Of a stretch of 64,000 nt of DNA, positions 10,183 to 19,742 are shown one piece after another. Source of the DNA: Myxococcota bacterium (lineage in GTDB: Bacteria; Myxococcota_A; Polyangia; Nannocystales; Nannocystaceae); assembly GCA_039028615.1 (NCBI GenBank), contig JBCCHT010000033.1:64001-128000 (forward strand), read 5' to 3'. Position numbers and translations under genes: made by a program. The first letter of the stretch is position 1. Each line of letters opens with the position of its first letter. The notes beneath the pieces are model-generated. The model ran no database searches. It had not been told where the DNA came from and saw only the letters and a list, made by a program, of their open reading frames with translations.

Positions 10183-10893
10183 ATGGCCCTTCATCCCCTC
10201 CTCAATCACGTCGCGTTCCGAGCCGGAGCCGCGGCCTATGATGCGATGACGGGCCAGGACCTGTGGCGCGAGCAGATCGCCCAGGTCTTGGTGCACGCCC
10301 GACCCGCTCGGCCGCGACGGGTGCTCGACCTGGGCTGCGGGCCGGGCGTCAGCGCATTCGTGCTCGCCCGCCGCCTCGGGCCCGACACCGAGGTCGTGGG
10401 GATCGATCTGTCGCCCACCATGATCGAGCGCGCCCGAGCCCATCACCGCCGCGAGCACGCCGACCTGCGCAACTTGAGCTTCCAGGTCGGCGACGCGACC
10501 TCGCTGCCCTTTGACGACGACGCCTTCGAGCTCGCCGTGGGTCACAGCTTTCTGTATCTCGTGCCCGATCGTCCGGGGGTGCTCGCCGAAGCTCGGCGCG
10601 TGCTCGCTCCCGCGTCCAGCATCGTGCTGCTCGAGCCCAACCGAGAGGGCTCGCTCGTCCGCGCGGGCATGAGCACGATCGATCAACGACCACAAAGCCG
10701 CCACTCCACCACCGACCTGCTGCGCTTCGCGAGCTCGATGGTGGGATGGCGACTGTTCTCGAAAGCGGCGGGACGACTGTCTCCACAGATCGTCGCGCCG
10801 CTCATGCTCGAGGCCGGCTTCGTCGACCCCGAGTTTCACCCCACGCTGCGCGGGCTGGGCCTGCACTGCGTGGGGCGGGTGCCTCGAACCTGA
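10183..10893 (+). CDS. Class I SAM-dependent methyltransferase (UbiE-like)
   Basis: VLDLGCGPG, GIDLS, GDATSLPF. Confidence 0.9.
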   Translation: MALHPLLNHVAFRAGAAAYDAMTGQDLWREQIAQVLVHARPARPRRVLDLGCGPGVSAFVLARRLGPDTEVVGIDLSPTMIERARAHHRREHADLRNLSFQVGDATSLPFDDDAFELAVGHSFLYLVPDRPGVLAEARRVLAPASSIVLLEPNREGSLVRAGMSTIDQRPQSRHSTTDLLRFASSMVGWRLFSKAAGRLSPQIVAPLMLEAGFVDPEFHPTLRGLGLHCVGRVPRT

Positions 10894-10900
10894 GTTTTGC

Positions 10901-12325
10901 TTACCAGGTCGGCGGGGCCAGGCTCTGGTGTCCGCGGGCGATGAATGCGGCCAGCTGCTCGCGGGTGACCGAGTCATCGCCGCAGAAGCGTCGGGGACCG
11001 CAGCCGTTGGTCAGCCCCGCCTCGTAGAGACGGTTGTGGGCGTCCTGCTTCCAGCTCGACATGTCGTCGTCGTCGTCGAAGTGGTCGGCGGTGGCCTCCG
11101 CCAGGCCGTAGGTTCGCACGATGAAGGCCGCGACCTGGGTCCGCGTGGCCTCGAGCTGCGGACCGAACTCCGTCTCGCTGATGCCGTTGGTGATCCCGTA
11201 GTACTTCGCGGCATTGATGTACGGCTCGGCCCAGTGCCCGTCGTCGTCGTCGAAGGCGTCGGGGGCGTCCATGGGCGGCATGCCAGCCGCGCGACCGAGC
11301 ATGGTGATGACCATCGCTCGCGTGCCGGGGTCGGCGGGGCAGTACAGCGGCTCCCCGGAAAGGCCCGTGCCGCATCCCTCGGTGATGCCCGCGTCGGCGA
11401 TGTAGTCGATGTCGCCTTCGAAGCCGCTGCCCTCGTCGTCACAGAACGCGCCCGCGCAGCACAGCGCATCCCCGGGGTTGCCGTGGCACTGCTGCCCGCC
11501 CCCGCATGCGCTCTCTTCCTTCAGCTCGGTGCAGCCGTCGCCGTCGTGATCGGCACACGCCACCAGGCTCTCTCCGGCACCACAGTGGGTCCCCAGCTCC
11601 ATCGCAGGCCAGCAGGGATCGGGGCAGCCGTCTTGGGGCGGGGGCGGAGGCGGCTCGGGCGGAGGCTCGGGCAGGGGCGGAATGTCGGGGCCCGCTCCCG
11701 CGAACCAAGGCGTCAGCGCATGCGCTCCTTCGAGGTTCAGCTCGATGTGCAGGTGGTCGTTGTGCGGGTGACCACCGCCGTAGGTCGCCGTCTGGGCCAG
11801 CCCCTTCGCCTTCCAGTGCGAGGCATCCCAGATGATCCGCTGCACGCCGATCTCCTCGGCGTGCTCGATGAGCCAGTGCGCGACCGGGTCGCCGGTCTCG
11901 TTGTCCGCTTCACACCCGGCACAGGTGACGTGAATGTCGAGCGCCCGTCCGAGCCCGTGCACCGACGTCGGCTTGGACCAGTCGTGATCGATGGGCCGGC
12001 AGGCGTAGCCGCCAATGGAGATGACGCCGTCGAAGTTCTCCAGCAGGTAGTCGCGCAGGACCTGAGCACCCGGGAGGAAGGTCCCCGTGCAGTTGCTGGC
12101 CTGGTGCGCGCCCGCGGGCGAGCCGTCGATCTGCAGGTGCACGCCCTGGGAGACCTCGGCCACCGGATCCGACATGAACCACCGACCCGGCACCGCACCA
12201 CCGCGATCCTCCAAGCCTTCGACGGGCCGCCCGTCCTCGACGCCGCTATAGCAACCGGCAAACACCATCACCAGCGGCGCAACTAGACTCGTGACTCGCT
12301 TCGTAATCCCCTTCTCGCGTTTCAT
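10901..12325 (-). CDS. Lipoprotein: M15-type (zinc DD-peptidase-like) domain, Pro linker, Cys-rich region and SLH repeats
   Basis: SVHGLGRALD and HNDHLHIE zinc motifs; SLH signatures GITEGC..TRAMV, GITNG..FGP..TRTQ, GLTNGC..VTREQLAAF. Confidence 0.75.
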   Translation of the reverse strand: MKREKGITKRVTSLVAPLVMVFAGCYSGVEDGRPVEGLEDRGGAVPGRWFMSDPVAEVSQGVHLQIDGSPAGAHQASNCTGTFLPGAQVLRDYLLENFDGVISIGGYACRPIDHDWSKPTSVHGLGRALDIHVTCAGCEADNETGDPVAHWLIEHAEEIGVQRIIWDASHWKAKGLAQTATYGGGHPHNDHLHIELNLEGAHALTPWFAGAGPDIPPLPEPPPEPPPPPPQDGCPDPCWPAMELGTHCGAGESLVACADHDGDGCTELKEESACGGGQQCHGNPGDALCCAGAFCDDEGSGFEGDIDYIADAGITEGCGTGLSGEPLYCPADPGTRAMVITMLGRAAGMPPMDAPDAFDDDDGHWAEPYINAAKYYGITNGISETEFGPQLEATRTQVAAFIVRTYGLAEATADHFDDDDDMSSWKQDAHNRLYEAGLTNGCGPRRFCGDDSVTREQLAAFIARGHQSLAPPTW

Positions 12326-12427
12326 GCCCTGCCTCCAACGGCAAGACTCCGGCCGCCTTCCCAAGTCGCAGGCGGTGCGAGAAAAAAAGTCGAAGAGTTT
12401 CGCGCTCGGCCGCCGCCGTTAGCTGTC

Positions 12428-13270
12428 CTACGCGGGTTTCTCGTCCTTCGACCCCAGCACCCGCGCCACGCTGACCTCCAGACGCGAGTCGATGAGCCGC
12501 ATGATGCTGTCGAGCTCGTCTTCCTCGATCTCGAGCCGACTCCGCATACGAGCCCGCGTACCCGCCAATAGAGCCTGGCGCGCGCGCGTGATCCAGCGAG
12601 CGGCGGTGGCCCGGTGAACGTCGTAGAGCGCACCGATCTCGTCGATGCTGAGTCGATGCACCAGGTTGTGGCGCAGCACGTTGCGGGCGCGCAGCTCCAT
12701 GCCCTCCAGCGCCTCGGAGAACGCCGTCCCGAACTCTCGCCGGTAGTGTCGCTTGAGAAAGTCGAGCTCCAGATCTTGGCCCGCGGCACGCTCGACCAAC
12801 GTTCCATCGGACGCCGGCTCGTCTCTTCGCCGATCGATGCCGCGCGTCAGATCGAGATAGGCCCGACGCGCGGTGACCCGAACCCAGCCCTCGAGCGAGC
12901 CCCGCCCGGCGTAGTCGCGAATCTTGGCGCCCTCGCCCACGAACAGCTTATGGCGCAGATACTGCCGAAACTCGGTGCGTGCGGCTTCGGTCGCACCCCG
13001 CGATGCAACCCCGATGACATCGTCGAAACGCTGCTCGAACGCCGAAATCGCGGTGCTATCGCCCTCGGCACAGGCACACGCGACATAGATCCCCGACAGC
13101 TCGAGCGCCAGCAGTTCCTCTAGGGTGCGACGCGGCGGCGATAGTCGCTCGTCGATGTAGCGCGCGACGGTCTCCACCTCGACGACCACGCCCGGCCACT
13201 GCTCACGGGCCGCGGTCCATGCCTCGCGCAGGTGTTCGGTGACGGCACCGTCCCCCCACTGAGGCTCCAT
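12428..13270 (-). CDS. Sigma-70 family RNA polymerase sigma factor, Myxococcales kinase-associated type (TIGR03001-like)
   Basis: YVACACAEGD, YAGRGSLEGWVRV, LSIDEIGALYDVHRATAARW; divergent from a Ser/Thr kinase. Confidence 0.85.
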   Translation of the reverse strand: MEPQWGDGAVTEHLREAWTAAREQWPGVVVEVETVARYIDERLSPPRRTLEELLALELSGIYVACACAEGDSTAISAFEQRFDDVIGVASRGATEAARTEFRQYLRHKLFVGEGAKIRDYAGRGSLEGWVRVTARRAYLDLTRGIDRRRDEPASDGTLVERAAGQDLELDFLKRHYRREFGTAFSEALEGMELRARNVLRHNLVHRLSIDEIGALYDVHRATAARWITRARQALLAGTRARMRSRLEIEEDELDSIMRLIDSRLEVSVARVLGSKDEKPA

Positions 13271-13384
13271 GCCCCCGAGCGTCGCGGCGAGTTTCGATCC
13301 CGACACGTCGATCAGGGTCTCAACATCGATGCCAACTCGTCCACCACCGATCAGTTGGTTTCGCTATGCTCGTGGCAGCCTGCG

Positions 13385-16294
13385 ATGTCGTGCCCCGATG
13401 CGAACTCCTTGTCCGCATTCGGTGAAGGTTCATTGCCTTCGCCGGAGCGAGCCGTCATCGAGGCTCATATCGATGGATGTGCCGAGTGTGGCGAGCTCGT
13501 GGCCGACCTGGCTCGGGGCTCCGCCTCCGGCTCGGTGACGGGCTCCGACGATCATCCCACGATGTTCGATGGCGAGCCCTCGACCCAGCGCCCCGTGCCT
13601 GCACGCCGCCCGCCCCTGGCCGAGCGCCTCGGTCGCTACGTCCTGCTCGAGCGCCTCGGCGCGGGCGCGATGGGTGAGGTCTTCGCCGCCTACGACCCCG
13701 AGCTCGATCGCAAGGTCGCGCTGAAGATCCTGCGCCCCGACCTCCGCCGCGGCCAGTCGCTGAGCACGGGCCAGGCTCGCTTGCTCCGCGAAGCCCAGAC
13801 CGCCGCCTCGCTCACGCACCCCAATGTGGTGACGATCTACGACGTGGGCTCGATGGAGTCGCAGGTCTTCATCGCCATGGAGCTGGTCGACGGTACCGAC
13901 TTGCGGCAGTGGCAACGCACTGCGCACCCGTGGACCGAGGTCGTCGAGGTCTACCTGCAGGCCGGCCAGGGTCTCGCCGCCGCCCACGATGCCGAGCTAC
14001 TCCACCGCGACTTCAAGCCAGACAACGCCCTGCTCGGGCACGACGGCACGGTGCGGGTGCTCGACTTCGGCCTCGCCAAGTCGACCAACGAAGACAGCTT
14101 CGACGAGAGCTCACCGTCGCTGTCCATGCGCATGACCTCCGAAGAGCTGACGCTGACGGGCACCGTGCTGGGCACGCCCGCCTATATGTCGCCCGAGCAG
14201 CTGCTCGGGCAGCGCCTCGACGCACGCACCGACCAGTTCTCGTACTGCGTCTCGCTGTGGGAGGCCCTGCACGGCACGCGGCCCTTCATCGCCGACAGTT
14301 TCGAGGCGCTGCGGGTCGCGATCCTCAAGGGAGAGATCGAGCCGCCGAGCATGGGTCGGCACGTGCCCGCGTGGCTCGACCGGCTGCTACGTCGGGGGCT
14401 GTCCGTCGAGCCCGACCGCCGTCATCCGTCCATGCGGGCCTTGCTCGAGCAGCTGCGGCGAGGCTCGGGCCGTCGTCGCCGTCGCATGACGGTGGGAGCC
14501 CTGGGTGCGGGGTTCGTGGCCGTCGCAGGGCTGGCCTACCAAGGGGGCCGCGCCGAGCAGGCGCCCAGCACCGCGGCCACCACCGAGCCGTGTCGCGATG
14601 CCCAGGCCCACGTGGAGCGGGTGTGGTCCGACGAGCGCAAGGCGGAGATCGAGCGCGGGTTCGCGGGCACGGATGCCCCCTTTGCCACCACGTCGTGGGC
14701 CAGTGTGGCCAGCGCCGTCGACGGCTACGCCGAGCGCTGGCAGCAGGGTTACCAACAAGCCTGCGAGGCGACCCGGGTGCACGAGACACAGTCCGAGGAG
14801 CTGCTCGACAAGCGCATGGCGTGCCTCGATCGCCGCCTGGGCGAGCTCGACTCTCTGCTCACGCTGTTCACCACCGCCGATTCCTCGCTCGTGAGCCGGG
14901 CACCTCGTGCCGCCGCGGGCCTGCCCGGGGTCGACGCCTGCGCGGACACGGGCACGCTCGATCGACAGCAGCCGCCCCCCGACGATCCCGACCTCCGCGT
15001 CGCCATCCAAAGCGCCCGAGATCGCCTGTCCCGGGCGCGCGCGCTGGCCTTGGCGGCACGGTTCAAGGAAGCCGCCGCCGTCGCCGACGAAGTCGTGACG
15101 GTGTCCACAGATCTGGGGCATGCCCCGCTGCACGCGAACGCGCTGCTCCAGCAGGGCGACTACATCGATCGCCTGGGTGATCCCAAGCGCGCGGCCGAGG
15201 TGCTGCGCGAGGCCCTGGTCACCGCCGAAGTGGCGGGTGACGATCGGGCGGCCGCGTCGGCATGGGCCCTGCTCGTGTACATCGAAGGCGTCGAGCTAGG
15301 CGACGCGGCGCAGGGGCGCTTCATGGCGCGCTACGGCGAAGCCAAGGCCGAGCGCCTCTCCCCCGATACCGACCTGCGGCTGTCGTTCCTCACCAACCGG
15401 GGCATGATGGAGTACGCCGCCGGGGACCTCGACGCCGCGAACGAACACGTGCGGACGGCGATCGCTCTGGTCGAGGCCGAGCGCGGCCCCGACTCGCTCA
15501 GCCTGACCACGCTGCTCGACCTCCAGGGCTCGATCCATCGCGTCCGAGGCGAGCGTGAACAATCGGAGGCGTCCTTCCGCCGCGCGCTCCAGCTGGCCGA
15601 GACCAAACTCGGGCCGAAACACCCGGCCGTCGCCAACTCCCATGGCAACCTGGCCGCGCTCTACTACTCGGCCACGCGCTACGACGAAGCGCTCGAGCAC
15701 GGGCAGCGGGCGCTCGAGCTGTTCGAAGCCCTGAAGACCGACAGCCCCTTCGTCGCCCATGCGCTCAACAACCTGGCCAACGTCCACGTGGCGCGCGGGG
15801 ACTTCGAGCAGGCGCTGCAGATGCACGAGCGGGCGCTCGCGTTGCGCGAGACGATCTTCGGCCGCGAGAGCCCCGACGTCGGCATGTCGCTCGATGGCAT
15901 CGGTGGGGCCCTGCTGGCCATGGGCAAGGCGAGCGAGGCGCTGGAGCGACACCAGCAAGCCCTCGAGATCCGCCGCAAGGTCCACGGCGACGACAACCCG
16001 GTGCTCTACTACAGCCACCACGGAATGGGAGAGGCCCTGCTCGCGCTCGGTCGTGCCGAGGAAGCACTCGAGCCCCTCGAGCGCGCGTTGAGCCTGCGGG
16101 ACACCCCGGAGCCCGCGGACCCCTTGGAGCTGGGGGAGGCCGAGCTGGCGCTCGCCCGTGCACTGGTGGCGACCAAGGGAGACCGCGCACGCGCACGCAC
16201 GCTCATCGACCGAGCGAGCGAGCACCTCGCGGGAGACTCGGCCCACGCCGAAGCCCTCGAAGCAGTCGAACGAGACTGGAAGCGCGGCGCCTGA
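13385..16294 (+). CDS. Ser/Thr protein kinase with N-terminal zf-HC2, TM helix and C-terminal TPR repeats
   Basis: HIDGCAEC; GAGAMG, VALK, HRDFKPDN, DFG, GTPAYMSPE; TM segment; TPR helices (LGPKHPAVA). Confidence 0.93.
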   Translation: MSCPDANSLSAFGEGSLPSPERAVIEAHIDGCAECGELVADLARGSASGSVTGSDDHPTMFDGEPSTQRPVPARRPPLAERLGRYVLLERLGAGAMGEVFAAYDPELDRKVALKILRPDLRRGQSLSTGQARLLREAQTAASLTHPNVVTIYDVGSMESQVFIAMELVDGTDLRQWQRTAHPWTEVVEVYLQAGQGLAAAHDAELLHRDFKPDNALLGHDGTVRVLDFGLAKSTNEDSFDESSPSLSMRMTSEELTLTGTVLGTPAYMSPEQLLGQRLDARTDQFSYCVSLWEALHGTRPFIADSFEALRVAILKGEIEPPSMGRHVPAWLDRLLRRGLSVEPDRRHPSMRALLEQLRRGSGRRRRRMTVGALGAGFVAVAGLAYQGGRAEQAPSTAATTEPCRDAQAHVERVWSDERKAEIERGFAGTDAPFATTSWASVASAVDGYAERWQQGYQQACEATRVHETQSEELLDKRMACLDRRLGELDSLLTLFTTADSSLVSRAPRAAAGLPGVDACADTGTLDRQQPPPDDPDLRVAIQSARDRLSRARALALAARFKEAAAVADEVVTVSTDLGHAPLHANALLQQGDYIDRLGDPKRAAEVLREALVTAEVAGDDRAAASAWALLVYIEGVELGDAAQGRFMARYGEAKAERLSPDTDLRLSFLTNRGMMEYAAGDLDAANEHVRTAIALVEAERGPDSLSLTTLLDLQGSIHRVRGEREQSEASFRRALQLAETKLGPKHPAVANSHGNLAALYYSATRYDEALEHGQRALELFEALKTDSPFVAHALNNLANVHVARGDFEQALQMHERALALRETIFGRESPDVGMSLDGIGGALLAMGKASEALERHQQALEIRRKVHGDDNPVLYYSHHGMGEALLALGRAEEALEPLERALSLRDTPEPADPLELGEAELALARALVATKGDRARARTLIDRASEHLAGDSAHAEALEAVERDWKRGA

Positions 16295-16295
16295 C

Positions 16296-17366
16296 TCAGG
16301 GGCGGATGATCTCGAGGCCGAGCTCCACCCCGAGCGCGATCTCGAGCCCGCCGAAGTGACCGAGGCTCGTGGTCTCGCCGCGAGTCCCTGCGACCTGCAG
16401 CTCGGGCACGCCACCGTCGGGGCTCGCCGATCCGGAGACCTCGAGCAGCGGGCCGAGGCGGGCCCGAACCGGCGCGCCTTCCCGCCCGAACAGTCGCCCC
16501 GCCACCAACCGGAGGACGCCGCCGAGCATGGGCGCAGGGCGAACGAGCGTGGCGTTGCGCTGGACGTCGATCCGTCGCCCGCCTCGCAACGGCCACCAGG
16601 GCTCGGCCGTCAGCGCGCCCACGACCCCGAGCCGCCAGGGCCCGACGGCGTGCACGTAGCCGGCCCCCAGTGCGACGCGCAGGCGCAGCAGACCGATGCC
16701 CCGCGTGTAGTCCCGTCCGCTGGCCCGTAGCGCAGCGTGCAGCACGGCGCCGCTGTCGTGGCGGAGCTGGGCTCCGAGCTGACCGCCGATGCCCGAGACG
16801 ATCGTCGGGCGTCGATCGAGAAGCTCCAAGTGCACGACCGGCGCGGTGGTGACCGTAATGCCCCACGGTGGGCGCTCGTCCGGCGGCTCGGCTTCGGGCT
16901 CGGTCGGCTCCGGCTCCAGCTCGGCAGTGGGCTCCGGCTCCGGCTCCGTCGGAACGAGCTCGGGCTCCGGTTCGGGCTCGGCCGCGGGCGGCTCGGGCAC
17001 TCCCTCGTAGGACAGGGTCGTCACCAGGTTCGCCGTCGCGGTCGCGACTTCTTGCTCGAGGTCTCCGGTCAGGTCGCGCAGCTCCCGGGTCCAGCGGTCG
17101 GCACCCCGCCGGACGTCGACGACCGCACTGCCGTCTTCCGCCACCACGATTCGAACCGCGAAGCCCCGAGGCCCCGGCTCCTCCACCACCTCGAACCCAC
17201 GCAGCCGCACACCGACCGCAGCCCCCACCGCCGCAGCGTCGGCCCCCACCACCTCGATCGAGATCCGACCCGCCTCGGGCTTCGACGCGGCCGACTCGGG
17301 CGCATCCACGGGGTTCGGCGCGGCCGGTGCGAGCAGCAAGGCCACCGCGACCGCGGCTACAAGCAC
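16296..17366 (-). CDS. Secreted hypothetical protein, possible outer-membrane beta-barrel C-terminus
   Basis: Signal peptide, EP-rich linker, amphipathic beta strands; GTG start inferred; last gene of the ECF operon. Confidence 0.55.
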   Translation of the reverse strand: MLVAAVAVALLLAPAAPNPVDAPESAASKPEAGRISIEVVGADAAAVGAAVGVRLRGFEVVEEPGPRGFAVRIVVAEDGSAVVDVRRGADRWTRELRDLTGDLEQEVATATANLVTTLSYEGVPEPPAAEPEPEPELVPTEPEPEPTAELEPEPTEPEAEPPDERPPWGITVTTAPVVHLELLDRRPTIVSGIGGQLGAQLRHDSGAVLHAALRASGRDYTRGIGLLRLRVALGAGYVHAVGPWRLGVVGALTAEPWWPLRGGRRIDVQRNATLVRPAPMLGGVLRLVAGRLFGREGAPVRARLGPLLEVSGSASPDGGVPELQVAGTRGETTSLGHFGGLEIALGVELGLEIIRP

Positions 17367-18115
17367 TGCGGGTCTCCGTAGGGCGAGGGATCGAAGCAAT
17401 CGAGTTCCGCGATGTCGCAGTCCTCGCAGGGGCACGCGCGACAACGCGTGGCCTCGGCGACGATGCACTCTCCCCGGATGCACACGCTGTCGGCCGCGCA
17501 CACCATGCCGCAGCGCCCGCAGTTGCTCGGGTCGCTCGACACGTCGGTGCACGCGTCGACGCATTGGTCTGCAAAGCCGTCACAGTCGTCGCCGCAGGTA
17601 CCCGCTCGGCACAGCTCGCACGGAGAGTCGCAGGCACCGCAGTGTTCGGGGTCGATCCGCGGGTCGACACACCCGTCTCCGCAGCGGATGAAGCCCGGTC
17701 GGCAGCCGCACTGTCGATCGGTGCAGACCTCGGAGAACAGGTCGCAGCCGCCACCACACTGGTCCTGGCAGACCCCATCGACACAGGGCTGTCCGCGGTC
17801 GCAGGCCCGGCCACATGCGCCGCAGTTGTTCACCGAGACCTGGAGGTCGATGCAGGAGAGATCGCAACGTTCCGAGCGCACGTCGCACTCGGCCACGCAG
17901 CTCCCGTTGACACACTCGAGCCCCTCTCCACAGGCCTGGCCACACGCTCCGCAGTGATCGGGGTTGCTCAGCAGATCGAGGCAGACCCCTTCGCAGGCCA
18001 CCCGGTCGTCCTCACACGGCTCGGCTGGGATCACATAGGCCACCGTGCACGCGGGCAGCCCGGCGAACATGACCATGCAGGCGATGAGCCCGAGCCAACG
18101 CCGCCACTGCGTCAT
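17357..18115 (-). CDS. Cys-rich lipoprotein with Stig1-like repeats
   Basis: Four C.D...(N/D)..(H/N)CG.C...C repeats; lipobox LPAC. Confidence 0.8.
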   Translation of the reverse strand: MTQWRRWLGLIACMVMFAGLPACTVAYVIPAEPCEDDRVACEGVCLDLLSNPDHCGACGQACGEGLECVNGSCVAECDVRSERCDLSCIDLQVSVNNCGACGRACDRGQPCVDGVCQDQCGGGCDLFSEVCTDRQCGCRPGFIRCGDGCVDPRIDPEHCGACDSPCELCRAGTCGDDCDGFADQCVDACTDVSSDPSNCGRCGMVCAADSVCIRGECIVAEATRCRACPCEDCDIAELDCFDPSPYGDPQCL

Positions 18116-18128
18116 CGCGGGGCCGCGG

Positions 18129-19043
18129 TCACGGGACACCGGCTGCCGTGCGTGCCTGCTGTGCATGGGCGCTTCGAGGATACTCCTGCAGATGACGCTG
18201 CCAACACGCCTGTGCCTGGCTCGAGCCCGCCGTGCGACACAGCGCCGCGCTCCAGTCGTCGGCATAGCGCCCCGCTGGGAAGCGCTCGAGGTAGCGACGC
18301 CAGAGCTCGCGTTGCGCGGCGACGCCCTCGACTTCACCGACGATGAGCGACAGTTCTCCGTAGGCGAGCTGGGCGTAGCGAGCGGGACCCTGGCGTGCCA
18401 CCTCGTCGAAGATGCGTCGCGCTTCGGCGGTGCGTCCCGCCTCGCGGGCAGCCACGGCCTGCGCGTTGCGCTGCGCCCAGGGGTCGAGCGCGGGCTCCTG
18501 CGGCTCGGGTGGCGGGGCCCCGCGCACGGGCTCGCGGTGCTTGCCAGCCCGCTCGGTCCGAGGTGGTGATACCGCTTTGGGCGTGGGGGCAGGCTCGGCC
18601 TCGACGGGCTCCGGGGTGCGCGGCGGAGCGACGTTCGGCGGCGAGCGATGCTCGGCCGAACGAGCCGCGGGCGCCCGGCGAATGCCCACGCCCGAGGTCT
18701 CCTCGCCATCGGCCGTCTTGTTGAGCATGGACGGCGCCGTCTCGGGCGACAGCGTCATGCCCTCGGCGTTCAGCCGAACGATGAGCGAGATGCCCAAGAT
18801 CAGCAGGGCGCACGCCGCCGCACCGACGAACGCCCACCGCAGGTTGGACCCCCACGATCGCGACGGGGGCACCGGGCGCGGCTCGGATCGCGTGCCCCCC
18901 GGGAAGGGAATGACGCTCGCCTCGCGGTCCGTACCCATGCGCTCGAGCACGTCCTGAAAATCGGGCTCGGGCATCGCCGCCTCGGCCTCGGCCTCGAGCG
19001 CGACTCCGTAGCGCCGCAGCGAGCGTCGCAGTCGTTCGCTCAT
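18129..19043 (-). CDS. Putative membrane anti-sigma factor with C-terminal TPR-like helices
   Basis: ATGA overlap with the ECF gene; single TM, Pro-rich linker, YLERFPAGRY motif. Confidence 0.65.
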   Translation of the reverse strand: MSERLRRSLRRYGVALEAEAEAAMPEPDFQDVLERMGTDREASVIPFPGGTRSEPRPVPPSRSWGSNLRWAFVGAAACALLILGISLIVRLNAEGMTLSPETAPSMLNKTADGEETSGVGIRRAPAARSAEHRSPPNVAPPRTPEPVEAEPAPTPKAVSPPRTERAGKHREPVRGAPPPEPQEPALDPWAQRNAQAVAAREAGRTAEARRIFDEVARQGPARYAQLAYGELSLIVGEVEGVAAQRELWRRYLERFPAGRYADDWSAALCRTAGSSQAQACWQRHLQEYPRSAHAQQARTAAGVP

Positions 19044-19612
19044 GAGTTCACCTCCGAGCCGCCGAGCAAGCCCTGGAGGCGACGTCGCGCTCGATGGGCG
19101 CGCACACGAACATTGCCCGAGCTGATGCCCAAGCGCGCCCCCGCTTCCTCGGGGCTGAGCTGCTGGAGGTCGACCAAGACCAGGGCCTCGCGCTGCGAGG
19201 GGGGCAGGCGAGCGAGCGCCTCTTCGAGCGCGTCGAACTGCTCGTCGCGACCCAGCTGCGCCTCGAGGTCGGGCCCGGGCTGCCGCTGCACCAGCGCGCG
19301 CAGTCGGTCGACCAACCGCACCCCGCGATCCGATCGCCGCCAGTGCTCTCGACTCAGGTTCACCACGATGCCGTATAGCCACGTGGAGAAGGCCGATCGC
19401 TGCGGGTCGTAGTCGGCCAGTCCGCCGAGGGCCCGGGCGAAGGCCTCCTGGGCGAGGTCGTGCGCAACGTCGGCGTCTCGAACGAGCATGTAGGCCTGGC
19501 GAAAGATGCGGTCGTGAAAACGACGGTACAGCTGCGCGGTCGCGCGGCGGTCCCCTCCCTGCGCTCGCTCGACCAAGCCGTCGAGCTCGGATATTTCGTC
19601 CGCCAAGTGCAC
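19040..19612 (-). CDS. ECF sigma factor
   Basis: AHDLAQEAF, FSTWLYGIVVN, region 4 LPPSQREAL...GNVRVRAHRAR. Confidence 0.92.
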   Translation of the reverse strand: MHLADEISELDGLVERAQGGDRRATAQLYRRFHDRIFRQAYMLVRDADVAHDLAQEAFARALGGLADYDPQRSAFSTWLYGIVVNLSREHWRRSDRGVRLVDRLRALVQRQPGPDLEAQLGRDEQFDALEEALARLPPSQREALVLVDLQQLSPEEAGARLGISSGNVRVRAHRARRRLQGLLGGSEVNS

Positions 19613-19639
19613 GAGCGCCGGGGGTTCAGCCCATGATTG

Positions 19640-19732
19640 ATCGTTGAACGGCTCGCGTTACACCGGAACGAAAAAAACGACGCATTCGAAGATTCTGGTC
19701 GTACGGCGTAACGCGAGCCCTCCGAGCGACAA
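19640..19732. promoter_or_regulatory. Back-to-back ECF-type promoters
   Basis: GTAACGCGAGCC on both strands (19650-19661 minus, 19708-19719 plus), each with CAA 17 nt after GTAAC. Confidence 0.6.
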
Positions 19733-19742
19733 GCACGGGGCG

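Noticed and set aside
3326..10893. Single terpenoid biosynthetic cluster (Rieske, terpene synthase, acylase, methyltransferase)
   Set aside because: The genes are in separate convergent or divergent units with their own regulation; no prenyltransferase or P450; linkage is unsupported
16880..17000. ggctcc/ggctcg hexamer repeats
   Set aside because: They encode an ordinary EP linker
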